From: a bacterium | GTDB lineage: Bacteria; Zhuqueibacterota; Zhuqueibacteria; Residuimicrobiales; Krinioviventaceae | Reading direction: 5' to 3' | NCBI GenBank assembly: GCA_963675755.2 | Contig: CAXXMD010000003.1 | Coordinates: 1,792,001 to 1,856,000, forward strand | Length of the DNA stretch: 64,000 nucleotides | Shown: in pieces, positions 42,105-52,539 of the stretch | How positions within the stretch are numbered: the stretch's first letter is position 1 | Layout: each line of letters begins with the position of its first letter | Translations under genes and position numbers: made by a program | Notes under the pieces: generated by a model | Told to the model about the DNA's origin: nothing | Seen by the model: the letters and a program-made list of their open reading frames with translations, nothing else | Database searches by the model: none

Positions 42105-42608
42105 TCAAGTTAATGTGAAGGGTTTATATTCTAAATCGGTTGCCCATTTGTTTGACCAACGATCACCGGAAACTTCTGGTAAAAGTTTTGCGTAATTACC
42201 CCAATTCAAAATATGAAGTTCCTGTATTGTTATATCAATTGAGTCTTTAAATTCTTTGATATTTGAAGCATTCCAGGCTGGCTTGTGAGATGTAATCAAA
42301 AGTTTTTCTGATCTAATGATTAAATCATCCCATTTTTTATTGTTGATATTTTTTAAACCAGTTAATCTTCCTATATATATTTCGATTTTACCTTCATTAT
42401 ATTGGTCAATATCATATTGATGTTGTTTTATTCTAGTATAAAATGTTTGATCATAAGCCATTCCAATATATAGCAATGCGTTCGTAGCATATACCGGATG
42501 GTTACCATAAACCTGATATATACCATGGTCAATATTTGTATCATTAAATTTTGATAATTCATCAAGATCAATCGGCCCTTGCCAGTAAATATGGACAATT
42601 TCTCTCAT
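42105..42608 (-). CDS. GIY-YIG superfamily nuclease-like protein
   Basis: 'GIYQVY...LLYIGMA...RIKQH...SEKLLI...PAWN' matches the GIY/YIG/R/E/N pattern. Confidence 0.7.
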   Translation of the reverse strand: MREIVHIYWQGPIDLDELSKFNDTNIDHGIYQVYGNHPVYATNALLYIGMAYDQTFYTRIKQHQYDIDQYNEGKIEIYIGRLTGLKNINNKKWDDLIIRSEKLLITSHKPAWNASNIKEFKDSIDITIQELHILNWGNYAKLLPEVSGDRWSNKWATDLEYKPFTLT

Positions 42609-42612
42609 GTAA

Positions 42613-43242
42613 TTAATCCTTTGACCATGATTTCAATAGTTTAATAAATTCAATCTCAAATTGATCAACGGAATCTTTTTTTTCTAACCAATCAATAAAA
42701 GTTTGAAAATCCAGACAGTTTGATTCCTGTTTATAGTTGTTTGGTTGTAGGTATAATATTAGATTTTTCCCGGTTTGACCAATATAATTATTTTCATCAT
42801 CAATTAACTTTAAAGTCTTTAATTTTTCCAATAGGTGATTATATTTAATTTTATATGGACTAACGGAAGCTATTCTTAAAATGCCATCTACTATTTTTTT
42901 CATTTCTATTTGTTCTAGCGATTGCAGGTATTTATCTTGTTTGTTATTTCTGGATTTTGAATCGGTTTTAAATTCAATAAAATAGTGGGTTCCAGATTTA
43001 CCTAGCAAATAAAAATCAACTTTATATGATCTATCCGCGAATGTTGTTCCTTCATACTCTGGTTTAATTGTTGCTAACCTGAGTGGTAATTCCGGAATAA
43101 TTCCATTGATTTCATCATTAAATTGCTCACTTATAAATTCAGGTAAATAAAATCCAATTAGGCTATCAATGCGAGGTTCTGCTCGGTACGCGGGCAGCTT
43201 TTTCCAGTCATCTAGTGTGTCAAAGTATTTTTCCCAATTCAT
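42613..43242 (-). CDS. PD-(D/E)XK superfamily nuclease-like protein
   Basis: 'PELP...KVDFYL...YFIEFKT...Q..Y' pattern. Start set at MNWEKYF. Confidence 0.65.
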   Translation of the reverse strand: MNWEKYFDTLDDWKKLPAYRAEPRIDSLIGFYLPEFISEQFNDEINGIIPELPLRLATIKPEYEGTTFADRSYKVDFYLLGKSGTHYFIEFKTDSKSRNNKQDKYLQSLEQIEMKKIVDGILRIASVSPYKIKYNHLLEKLKTLKLIDDENNYIGQTGKNLILYLQPNNYKQESNCLDFQTFIDWLEKKDSVDQFEIEFIKLLKSWSKD

Positions 43243-43276
43243 AGTTTTTCCTATTAAACTTTTTACTAATAAACAT

Positions 43277-43555
43277 TTAAAGGATTTGAGTTTTTCCTTT
43301 ATATTGACTCTTGAAGGCATTTTGAGTTATTGAGATATCAGAATTACCACTTAGTAAATTTGAGATAACAATTGCCTTGTATAGGTCAGATAATTGCTCA
43401 CGGAATTCCTGATCCTTAATATCTTGTTTGTTCTCACTGATCTTTTTTTCATCATTAATTCTTTTTAATAAACAGAAATTAAATGTTGAAACTATAAGCA
43501 TACCTAAAGTTGCAATAGCTGAAATTATCAATGATAGATTTTGCATCATAAGCAC
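43277..43555 (-). CDS. small single-pass membrane hypothetical protein
   Basis: N-terminal TM helix followed by a charged helix. AT-rich and co-oriented with its neighbours. Confidence 0.55.
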   Translation of the reverse strand: MLMMQNLSLIISAIATLGMLIVSTFNFCLLKRINDEKKISENKQDIKDQEFREQLSDLYKAIVISNLLSGNSDISITQNAFKSQYKGKTQIL

Positions 43556-43689
43556 CTTATTTTGTATTTATATCCTACTTCTTAAATGAAAAAAATATTA
43601 CATGGATTTTACGTCTAAAATTTTCAGAACCATTTTGTTGATCTCGGTCCCGAGGTCTCGGCAAATTATGGACTTAATACTTCAGATAT

Positions 43690-44526
43690 TTATTTTAATT
43701 CTTTATATAATACTTTCGATCCAAATACTTCTGGTTTATATTTATCCACAATATCTGGATAATGCTTTTCAATTGTTGTTTTTATTGTTACAAAGATTTG
43801 ATGCCTTTCACATAGTTCTTTATAAAAGGGTAATTCCCAATCATTTTGACAATATAAGAAAATAAAAATTAGTTCATTATCAGATAGTTTTGATAAAAGT
43901 AGATTCCTATAGATAATTCTATCAGTTCTGTTAAATGTTTTTGTATTCTCGTCAAAATATTTAATAATAGTAAAAAATTCATCAATATAATGAATTAATA
44001 TTGATTGTTCATATTCATTAATTTTTTTATAAAAAAAGTCATTAAAAGTTTTTGATTTTAAAACATCTTTATAGCCTTCTATTAAGGTTATTATTAAAGC
44101 ATGAAAATAATGAACATTATTATCTAAATCTTTAATCTTCCAACTATAACACCTAGAAAAGTAGTCCATGATATTAATAAATGTTGATTCGAAGCTCTGT
44201 TTTTTTAATAGTAAATTTTGTGAATTAATAGTGTTTCTATTTTCTTCCAATTCTTTTGAAGTTATTTCTATTTCTGATTTTTGAAGACGTAATGTGTATA
44301 GTAAAATGAGGATTGTCATAAATGATAAAAGTGGATTGAGAATACCTCCAAAATAATCTCCAAATTGGGCCCAGAGTGATTGATCTGTTGAAATACCACC
44401 AGTAAAATATTTTGCATAAATACCAAAAGTTACCCCAAGCATTAATAAAGCTGTGGTTCCAACAATTATTAAAATTACATTAAATAAATGATATTTATTG
44501 ATGTTTTGTGTATATGGTTTTTTCAT
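43690..44526 (-). CDS. putative phage abortive infection protein (putAbiC-like)
   Basis: Two TM helices, W.QFGDYFGG.LNP, Q.FE.TF and Y..LL...LS..EL..IF. Confidence 0.75.
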   Translation of the reverse strand: MKKPYTQNINKYHLFNVILIIVGTTALLMLGVTFGIYAKYFTGGISTDQSLWAQFGDYFGGILNPLLSFMTILILLYTLRLQKSEIEITSKELEENRNTINSQNLLLKKQSFESTFINIMDYFSRCYSWKIKDLDNNVHYFHALIITLIEGYKDVLKSKTFNDFFYKKINEYEQSILIHYIDEFFTIIKYFDENTKTFNRTDRIIYRNLLLSKLSDNELIFIFLYCQNDWELPFYKELCERHQIFVTIKTTIEKHYPDIVDKYKPEVFGSKVLYKELK

Positions 44527-45251
44527 TATTGCGTATTTTGATTTATAATAAAAGTATTTCTATATTCTTGAAAATGAACTGGATATTTTTTAGATAACAT
44601 AGGAATAATATCATTTATAATACCAAAGTTTTGGAAATATTTATTTTTGAGAATGTTTTCATTTAGTGAGCAAAGAAGAAAGATAAATTCCAATTCTTGA
44701 TAGGATATTCTATTTAATATCATTCTTATATAAAAATCTATTTTTGAAGAGTTTATAGCTTTATCTTTTTCTAAAAATTCAATTTCTTGAAATAAATAGA
44801 AAAAATTATTGATAAATTTTTCAAAATATTCTTGTTCATTTGTTTTGAGTTTATTATAAAAAACACTGAAATTTTCTTTTTTTCTATCGTTAGAATTTGG
44901 ATATATCCTTAAATAATCAGATGTTCTGTTTTTAAGCAAATTTAATGGGTTATATCCATTTGCTACAAGATTTTTTTCATTTTGAAAATATTTGGTAAAA
45001 TACTCTAAATGATTAAATGCAATATTTTCGAATCTTTGTTGATTGTATATAATTTTTTGTTGTTGCAAATTTAGGAAGAGAATCCATATTGTGATCAATG
45101 TGAGAATTGGTCCAAGGATACCTCCCCAGAAGGCACCATATTCAGCCCACCTTGAATGGTCACTAGTAATATTAAAACCAAAGTGATTCCAATAAATTAT
45201 TATTGGAATAAATATTAAGCCAAATAATAAAGAAATATATTTTTTATCCAT
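44526..45251 (-). CDS. putative phage abortive infection protein (putAbiC-like), paralog
   Basis: W.EYGAFWGG.LGP, QQRFEN and Y.RMI...IS.QEL.FIF. Its stop overlaps the next gene's start. Confidence 0.65.
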   Translation of the reverse strand: MDKKYISLLFGLIFIPIIIYWNHFGFNITSDHSRWAEYGAFWGGILGPILTLITIWILFLNLQQQKIIYNQQRFENIAFNHLEYFTKYFQNEKNLVANGYNPLNLLKNRTSDYLRIYPNSNDRKKENFSVFYNKLKTNEQEYFEKFINNFFYLFQEIEFLEKDKAINSSKIDFYIRMILNRISYQELEFIFLLCSLNENILKNKYFQNFGIINDIIPMLSKKYPVHFQEYRNTFIINQNTQ

Positions 45252-45475
45252 TGAAACACCCCTTATTGTTAATAATAATATAAAACAATCCGACTGATTA
45301 TCAATAAAAAAAGTTGAGGTTGTTATAAAAATCTACAAGTATGATGCGCCTCGGCAAGTCATTTAATTGAGATGCGGCAAGCATCATCCTTCTTGGTGCC
45401 CTTTGCATTAAATCTTTTCCTTGCCCATTTCCCCAATATCCATTATCTTTTTGATAAATCAATCGGAGGTTCTTT

Positions 45476-47083
45476 ATGCAGTCCCGCAGAGCGTTTATCA
45501 AAAATATTGGTGTGGGCATAGGGGCGCTGTCCCTGTCGCCATTGGCGTGTTCACGCGTCCCCAAACAACCCAACATTGTGTTGTTGATGGCAGATGACAT
45601 TGGCTTTTCAGATATAGGCTGTTACGGTGCCGAGATCGAAACCCCCAATCTGGACCGTCTGGCAAACAACGGCATCCGGTTCGGGCATTTTTACAACATG
45701 GCCAAATGCAATCCCACCCGCTCGAGCCTGTACACCGGACAGTATTTCGGCAACGACTATTCCATCAATTTTGCCCAGCTCATTAAACAGGCGGGCTATG
45801 CTACCCTGTACAGCGGCAAAGAGCATTTCGACAAGTGGGTGCCTCAGCACTGTTACGCGCACAAAATTTTTGATAAATCCTTTACCTTTTGGGCGTCTAC
45901 CGAGTATTTTATTCCACCTTCGGGCGAGTTTAAACGTCCCTTTATCATGAACGGCAAGACGCTGGAAGTTTCTGAACTGCCGGTGCACCGCAAACCGTTC
46001 TATAAAACAGACGAGTTTACCGATCTGGCATTAGAGTGGCTGGATGAGCCGCTGCAGAACAACCAGCCGTTTCTGCTCTGCTTGCCCTACCATGTTGGGC
46101 ATTATCCCTTGCAGGCGCACCCGGAAGATATTGCCAAATACCGCGGCAAATATCGCAAAGGCTGGGATGCGGTGCGGCAGGAACGGTTCGAGCGCATGAA
46201 AAAACTGGGTGTGATTGGTGAGGATACACGTCTCTCGCCACCCGAGGACAATATCAACAAATTCCGAGGTCATCCGGAAGGATTTGAAGAAGAACGCGCC
46301 AAATTCCCGCTTTATCGGCCCTGGGAGTCGCTGACCGAGCAGGAAAAAGACGATTACGATTTAGAGATGGCTGTGTTTGCCGCCATGATCGACCGCATGG
46401 ACCAGAATATTGGCCTGCTCATCCAAAAACTGGAGGACGCGGGCGAGCTGGACAATACCCTGATCGTCTTTTTTACAGATAACGGATCATGTCCCTATGA
46501 CAGCAATGCGGATTTCAATATCCCACCGGGACCGCCGGAATCGTACCGCTGTTTGCGTCCCGCATGGGCCAACGTAGGCAATACGCCGTTCCGGTTCTAC
46601 AAGCAATACGGTCACGAGGGCGGCTGTAACACCCATTTTATAGCGCACTGGCCCAAATTTATCAAAAAGGGCCAGATCACCCATCAACCTGCGCATGTGG
46701 TGGACCTGTTTCCTACATTTCTGGAAGCAGCCGGACTCTTATATCCGCAGACATTTAACGACAAACCCACAACTCCGCTGCACGGTCATTCGCTCATGCC
46801 CATCTTTGCGGGGCAGCAGCGGCAGGAACCGGAATATTTTATCTCGGGCAATACCGAGCGGTTCCGCATGTTCCGCAAAGGCGAATGGAAAATTGTGCGA
46901 GTCAACAATGGCGATTGGGAGCTGTACAATATAATAAAAGATCCCACAGAACTGGCAGACCTGGCAAAGATTAAACCGGATGTGGTGATGGAAATGGAAG
47001 CGCATTATATAGAAGTAATGGCGGAAATGACAGCCGCACAACAATCGAAATCCGGAAACGACAATACGGGAGAAACGGCATGA
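45476..47083 (+). CDS. arylsulfatase (S1 family), Tat-exported
   Basis: SRRAFIK Tat motif, PNIVLLMADD, formylglycine motif CNPTR and DNG. Confidence 0.93.
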   Translation: MQSRRAFIKNIGVGIGALSLSPLACSRVPKQPNIVLLMADDIGFSDIGCYGAEIETPNLDRLANNGIRFGHFYNMAKCNPTRSSLYTGQYFGNDYSINFAQLIKQAGYATLYSGKEHFDKWVPQHCYAHKIFDKSFTFWASTEYFIPPSGEFKRPFIMNGKTLEVSELPVHRKPFYKTDEFTDLALEWLDEPLQNNQPFLLCLPYHVGHYPLQAHPEDIAKYRGKYRKGWDAVRQERFERMKKLGVIGEDTRLSPPEDNINKFRGHPEGFEEERAKFPLYRPWESLTEQEKDDYDLEMAVFAAMIDRMDQNIGLLIQKLEDAGELDNTLIVFFTDNGSCPYDSNADFNIPPGPPESYRCLRPAWANVGNTPFRFYKQYGHEGGCNTHFIAHWPKFIKKGQITHQPAHVVDLFPTFLEAAGLLYPQTFNDKPTTPLHGHSLMPIFAGQQRQEPEYFISGNTERFRMFRKGEWKIVRVNNGDWELYNIIKDPTELADLAKIKPDVVMEMEAHYIEVMAEMTAAQQSKSGNDNTGETA

Positions 47084-49701
47084 AAGGTTTCAAATTCGGG
47101 ATACTCTTATTTACAATCAGCATGTTACTTTTTGTGTCATTGGGCGCTGCTCCCATTTGGCAGAATCCACCCAAAGAGATCTCTACCGAGCTGGTGATCC
47201 TGGGTGGGGACGATGCCGGTCTGGGTGCAGTGTGGGCCGCGGGAGAAATGGGCATTGAAACACTGCTGGTACTTGCGCATGAACGGGATTTTGGTGGGGA
47301 TTTCACCCAGTTTATTCCCACGGACATTGCCGTATCTGCCCGGTGTGTAGGCGGCATCAATTACGTATATGATACATTCGCGCGCAGGCACACCAACCAG
47401 TCCTCCGGATCGTCTACCGCCGGCAAAGACGGTCGTGTTGCTCCTCCGGGCCCCAGTATTGATTTTCTCTATTCGCTTATCAGCCGTTATGAAAATATAA
47501 AGATCATTGCCGGCTATTTGCCGCAGCCGCATTCCGGTGTGCTGGATGCACAAAAGCGGGTACAGCAGGTATCGGTAATCTCGGAAACGGGAGAGGTTAT
47601 TACCATCCATTGTCAATATGCCATAGATGGCACCCCCGAAGGCTATGGAGCAAAGGCATTTGATCTGCCGTTGATATTCGGGCGTGAAGGCATGCACGCG
47701 GATGAGGACCCCACCCGAAACATGGAAGCTTTTGCAGGACGGCGTATGTTTGCAACCCGACGCGAAAACGGTCCCATTCTCAGCGGTATGGTTCCGCTGC
47801 TGGAACAGTACTGTGATCGCGCGCCCGAGACAGAAGACAATTCCATGGCCGCTAGTCCTGTAACGCCTTTGAAAGAATATGCTCCCGAAGGTGCAGACGT
47901 ACCGGATACTGCCCCGTGGCTGCTGGCCAATCCCCCGGAAGGTTATGATCCTGCAAATTTTGAATATCTGAAAAACGAAAAACGTCCCGGCGGCAATCGC
48001 AACGGAAGGCAGGTGTGGCGGTTTTCTGGCAACGAACCGCTCAAGTCCTTACCCGAGTGGTATAAACTGCCGGACGGCACACATTATCTACGCCAGGATG
48101 ATGTCTGGAAATGGAAGCGATATGTGGAACACCAGGCGTTTCTGTTTACGGTACAGTCCATGTATTACTATCAGAACAATACGCCGCAAGGCAAGCGGTT
48201 TGGTTTTGATAAAGCATCTTTTGAATCCAACAGCGCTACGTGGAAGCTGTCGGATTTTGGCACCACGAGTTATGGCGGAGATCAGTATGTCGGGTGTCGT
48301 TTGTATCACCGTGTGCTGGCGCGTCTGGATGTCCCTGATCACCTGGGCGGTCAGTTGTTCTTTCGCCGTGAGGGAAGACCCTACTTTCATGAAAAATCCT
48401 GGTGGGTGTCTGATGGCATAGGCGTACCCCTGCTTGAAATCGACTATCATTCAATTCTCGCGAAAAGTGTATCCAGCCCTCCGGGTGCGGGCCCTGAAGG
48501 GTCGGCTTTTACCTATTGCGTACCGGAAGCATCAGGACTCAATTTTCACAGCCTTCCGCGCAAGGTGATCGAACCGGATTACAGCATTATTGACAATTAT
48601 CTTTCTCCCGGAACACCGGCGGTGACATTTATGGCGCAATCGTCACTCAGAGCGGGGTCCAGCATGAACCATCTGGGTGTAGCCGCAGCAGCCATGATTG
48701 CGTTGGCTAAAAAGAATAATGTTCCTGTATCGCAGGTCAATACGCTCGAGCTGCAATGGCTGTTGGTCAATCAGTTGAACACTGCTATTGTCTATTTTGA
48801 AAATGCAATCGCTGGAACACCGCAATTCCCCTTTGAACAGATGGCGGGAGTGCTGGGCATTCCTCCTCACAATATCACAGACCAGTGGCAGCCAACGTAT
48901 CCCATTCATACCGAGGCAATTGAGCTGCTGAACCGATATTGGGAAATTAAACAACCCCGATTCAGTTTTGACGCGGATGAATGGCCCCTGACACGGGAAG
49001 AGTTTTTAAAAACAATGTTCAGCAAGGAAGAACAGGAAAAACTGGTGCAGCCGGGATATCTTGCTGATGTGCCAGTGCATTTGAACGAAATCCGGCAGAT
49101 CCTGACCCGGTACATGATCCGGAATATTGTGGAATTACCGCCGTATCAATTTCCCCGGGTATGGATTTACGACTCGTTTAACCGGGCCCCCGGAAACATC
49201 GACTATGCGGAAACCGGTTCCGAGTGGACGAATGAAGGATTCGAAATCTATCGCGGTCATGCCACATCAAATATGACAGAAAGCACCGCGTATCTGCTGG
49301 GCGAGGGCACAAAAGAGGATTTTAAACTCTCGGTTGAGCTGTGTCTAGAGCAAAAACCCGATGATATGGAAAATGGAGGCATACAGCAATGCGGACTGGT
49401 TTTTGATCATCAGAATAATGATGTATTTGGCTTTTTAGGGATCACCAGTGACCGGGGTGGATTGAAATTTGGTGTGCAAAGGAATGAAAATGTGTTGGCG
49501 GAGAGAGCACTGGACTCTGATATTGCCAGCTTTGTGCTGACCGTTACTCATAAACAGGGTTTGCTGGAATGCAGGGTAAATGACCAGGTGATCTACCATG
49601 CAAAACACCAAAAGTCTGATATGCTTACGAATGTTGGTTTGATCCACGGTCCGGGTAATGGCCGGGTTCATTTTCAGAATTTTTGTTTAGAATTGATCTG
49701 A
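47080..49701 (+). CDS. secreted FAD-dependent oxidoreductase (FAD_oxidored-like) with C-terminal beta-sandwich
   Basis: VILGGDDAG..A..AA..G, IDGTPEG, GREG and S.R......LG.AAA..A. Confidence 0.7.
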   Translation: MKGFKFGILLFTISMLLFVSLGAAPIWQNPPKEISTELVILGGDDAGLGAVWAAGEMGIETLLVLAHERDFGGDFTQFIPTDIAVSARCVGGINYVYDTFARRHTNQSSGSSTAGKDGRVAPPGPSIDFLYSLISRYENIKIIAGYLPQPHSGVLDAQKRVQQVSVISETGEVITIHCQYAIDGTPEGYGAKAFDLPLIFGREGMHADEDPTRNMEAFAGRRMFATRRENGPILSGMVPLLEQYCDRAPETEDNSMAASPVTPLKEYAPEGADVPDTAPWLLANPPEGYDPANFEYLKNEKRPGGNRNGRQVWRFSGNEPLKSLPEWYKLPDGTHYLRQDDVWKWKRYVEHQAFLFTVQSMYYYQNNTPQGKRFGFDKASFESNSATWKLSDFGTTSYGGDQYVGCRLYHRVLARLDVPDHLGGQLFFRREGRPYFHEKSWWVSDGIGVPLLEIDYHSILAKSVSSPPGAGPEGSAFTYCVPEASGLNFHSLPRKVIEPDYSIIDNYLSPGTPAVTFMAQSSLRAGSSMNHLGVAAAAMIALAKKNNVPVSQVNTLELQWLLVNQLNTAIVYFENAIAGTPQFPFEQMAGVLGIPPHNITDQWQPTYPIHTEAIELLNRYWEIKQPRFSFDADEWPLTREEFLKTMFSKEEQEKLVQPGYLADVPVHLNEIRQILTRYMIRNIVELPPYQFPRVWIYDSFNRAPGNIDYAETGSEWTNEGFEIYRGHATSNMTESTAYLLGEGTKEDFKLSVELCLEQKPDDMENGGIQQCGLVFDHQNNDVFGFLGITSDRGGLKFGVQRNENVLAERALDSDIASFVLTVTHKQGLLECRVNDQVIYHAKHQKSDMLTNVGLIHGPGNGRVHFQNFCLELI

Positions 49702-50715
49702 TTACTCTTTTGTTTTTTTATGTATCCGCAGTCCCAAAAAGATCAACCGTGTAACGGGATGCCTGAATACCTCTCGTTCAAGGAAAATGGGTATCCCTAC
49801 ACCACAGGTCATTGCCGCTACAAAGATTAATGGATCCAAATGGATGTTTAATTGTCTGAACAGCAATTGAATGCCTGACGTTCCAATCAGATGATACAAA
49901 TAGATTGCGTACGAATATGACCCCAGTTTTGCAATAAAGGGAATGTTTTTACGAAACCTGAAAAAGACCAGCATACCCGAGATGCTGACCCAGAATCCCA
50001 TGACGCTTTTGTAATCCTCATCCAGATTCCAGTTCAAGAACCAATTCAGTTGTTGGAAGACCACACCTGCAATAAACACTACTGAAACGATCAATACAGC
50101 TTTGGGATTCAATATCCGCTCGGGAAAACGGAACAGGCCTACACCCATAAGAAAAAAGAACAGCAGGTAGGGCAAGTTTTCAAAAGAAAAAAAGTTGGGC
50201 AGCATATCCCGGGTGGCAATTGTAACAACAAAAGTAATCAGTAAAGTTATTGACCACTTGCGAAAGGATTTTAGCATGCCAGCAAGCTCGAGAAAAGAAA
50301 TACATAGAAATACCAGGAAAATGGTTTGTAAAAACCAGAGGTGCCCAAAAGGATAGAGAAAGAACTTCCAGGCATACCGGTACGAGCCTGGTTCGTATCG
50401 GGTTGCGAACAGGTTGAGATAATATTTTAAAACCGTACCTGTTACCAGCGGTATTAATATACGTCTCACTTTGCCGGTTAAAAACAGGCCAAGGTTTCCT
50501 TGCTTCAGGGGGCGGTAGCAGTAAACAAATCCGGAAATGGTTGTAAATAATGGAATCCTTAGGAATTGCAGTGTGTAATACAAATAACGATAAAAAGAAT
50601 CGTTTCCTACATGCATGCCAAAGGTGCGGTTGTATCCTATTACATGGGCCATTACGATGAAAAAAACAGCAAACCCCCGTAAGGTCTGAATAGATAGATC
50701 CGTGTGTTTTTTCAT
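49702..50715 (-). CDS. acyltransferase 3 family membrane protein
   Basis: IQTLRG.A..F.V..H, P.F..ISG, HLWFL and SY.IYLYH. Confidence 0.9.
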   Translation of the reverse strand: MKKHTDLSIQTLRGFAVFFIVMAHVIGYNRTFGMHVGNDSFYRYLYYTLQFLRIPLFTTISGFVYCYRPLKQGNLGLFLTGKVRRILIPLVTGTVLKYYLNLFATRYEPGSYRYAWKFFLYPFGHLWFLQTIFLVFLCISFLELAGMLKSFRKWSITLLITFVVTIATRDMLPNFFSFENLPYLLFFFLMGVGLFRFPERILNPKAVLIVSVVFIAGVVFQQLNWFLNWNLDEDYKSVMGFWVSISGMLVFFRFRKNIPFIAKLGSYSYAIYLYHLIGTSGIQLLFRQLNIHLDPLIFVAAMTCGVGIPIFLEREVFRHPVTRLIFLGLRIHKKTKE

Positions 50716-50991
50716 TTTGAGTTATGTTGTTTTGTTCTAGTTTAATCTAACACAAAAAATGTTTTTTTCAAGAAATATTTTTCATGCTAATAGGGGATAG
50801 TTAAGCATATGTTTTTTAATCAAAATAATGTTTGTTTTTACGGAATTTTATTTGATTTTTTAATAAAACAATAGGAATTCAAAATAAAATTCATTAATGT
50901 TGACCCATTTTTTTAAATAAAAAAATATTTTATTTCATTGATTTTTTTCTAGATTGATACGTATACAGACCAATTTTATAAAAGGATTCTT

Positions 50992-52539
50992 ATGACAAAA
51001 ATAAACCTTGAAGATATTGAAAAAACCGTCAAGGTCCGTCCTCTGACCATTGAAGACTATGATCAGATCAAGACTATACAATTAAAATGTTTTCCCGGTA
51101 TGGAACCTTGGGGTATTGAACAAATTAAAAGCCAGTTGGATCTGTTCCCAGAGGGGCAGATTGGTGTCGAGTTTAATGGTCAGCTTATTGGCTCCTCAAG
51201 CAGCCTGATTATTGATTTTGATGAATATTCAGAAAAACATTCGTGGCAAGAAATCTCGGACAGTGGTTACATTACCAATCATGATATTGAAGGTGATACC
51301 CTTTATGGTATTGAAGTGATGGTTGATCCTGATTTTCAGGGCATGAAAATTGGGCGGCGTATCTACCAGGCCCGGAAACAATTGGCAAAGCAGTTAAATT
51401 TAAGACGAATTGTTATTGGCGGCAGGGTACCCAATTTTCATAAGTATATGCATGAAATGGATATTTATGAATATGTAGACCAGGTCATGCATCAGAAAAT
51501 TTATGACCCTGTGTTAACGTTTCAAATTGCAAACGGATTTGTATTAAAGCGTGTAATCCATGATTATTTGAAAAGTGACAGCGAGTCAAAAGGCTATGCC
51601 ATGTTGTTGGAATGGGTGAATCTCCATTACCATCCGCGTTCAGCTGAGTATAATCTGTCATCGTTACCGGTGCGGATTTGCTGCATCCAATACCAGATGC
51701 GAAAAATAGACTCTTTTGATGATTTTGCCCGAAATTGTGAATATTTTGTTGATGTTGCTTCTAATTACAAGGCCGATTTTGCACTGTTTCCTGAAATTTT
51801 CACGTTACAGTTGTTATCGTTTTTGCCGCAAGAACGTCCCGGTACTACAATTCGCAAGCTCAACAATTTTACCAATGATTATCTGGATTTATTTCAAAAC
51901 CTTGCGATCAAGTACGCTGTCAATATTATCGGCGGTTCACATTACTGTGAAGAAAATGGAGATCTTTTCAATATATCGTATTTGTTCAAAAGAGACGGCG
52001 GTATTGAAAAACAATACAAACTCCATATAACGCCTAATGAGCATCGTTGGTGGGGTATCAAACCGGGCAAGGGAATCAATGTTTTTGATACGGACCGTGG
52101 CAAAGTGGCAATTAATATTTGTTACGATGTAGAGTTTCCTGAAGTAACAAGAATTGCGACGGAAAAGGGCGCCAATATTATTTTTGTCCCCTTTTGTACG
52201 GATGAACGTCATGGTTATTTGCGGGTCCGTTATTGTTCTCAGGCACGCGCCATTGAAAATCAGGTTTATGTTGCTACTGCCGGTTGTGTGGGCAATATTC
52301 CATCTGTTGAAAATATGGATATCAATTATTCCCAGTCCGGTATTTTTACACCATCAGATTTTCCATTTGCCCGGGATGGAATTGCAGGAGAATGCCAGCC
52401 GAACATTGAAACGGTTGTCATTGCCGATGTTGACCTTGAGGTTTTGAAAAGAAATCGGCTTGCCGGCACGGTTTGTCAATTACGGGACAGGCGTAACGAT
52501 CTGTATTCATTAAAGGAATTGACTCCAAATGGAGAATAA
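50992..52539 (+). CDS. bifunctional GNAT N-acetyltransferase / carbon-nitrogen hydrolase
   Basis: VDPDFQGMKIG (GNAT) plus the nitrilase triad FPE, QYKLHITP and ICYDVEFPE. Confidence 0.92.
   Translation: MTKINLEDIEKTVKVRPLTIEDYDQIKTIQLKCFPGMEPWGIEQIKSQLDLFPEGQIGVEFNGQLIGSSSSLIIDFDEYSEKHSWQEISDSGYITNHDIEGDTLYGIEVMVDPDFQGMKIGRRIYQARKQLAKQLNLRRIVIGGRVPNFHKYMHEMDIYEYVDQVMHQKIYDPVLTFQIANGFVLKRVIHDYLKSDSESKGYAMLLEWVNLHYHPRSAEYNLSSLPVRICCIQYQMRKIDSFDDFARNCEYFVDVASNYKADFALFPEIFTLQLLSFLPQERPGTTIRKLNNFTNDYLDLFQNLAIKYAVNIIGGSHYCEENGDLFNISYLFKRDGGIEKQYKLHITPNEHRWWGIKPGKGINVFDTDRGKVAINICYDVEFPEVTRIATEKGANIIFVPFCTDERHGYLRVRYCSQARAIENQVYVATAGCVGNIPSVENMDINYSQSGIFTPSDFPFARDGIAGECQPNIETVVIADVDLEVLKRNRLAGTVCQLRDRRNDLYSLKELTPNGE

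Noticed and set aside
42105-45251. Integron cassette array
   Set aside because: The genes abut or overlap with no recognisable attC sites, and there is no integrase.
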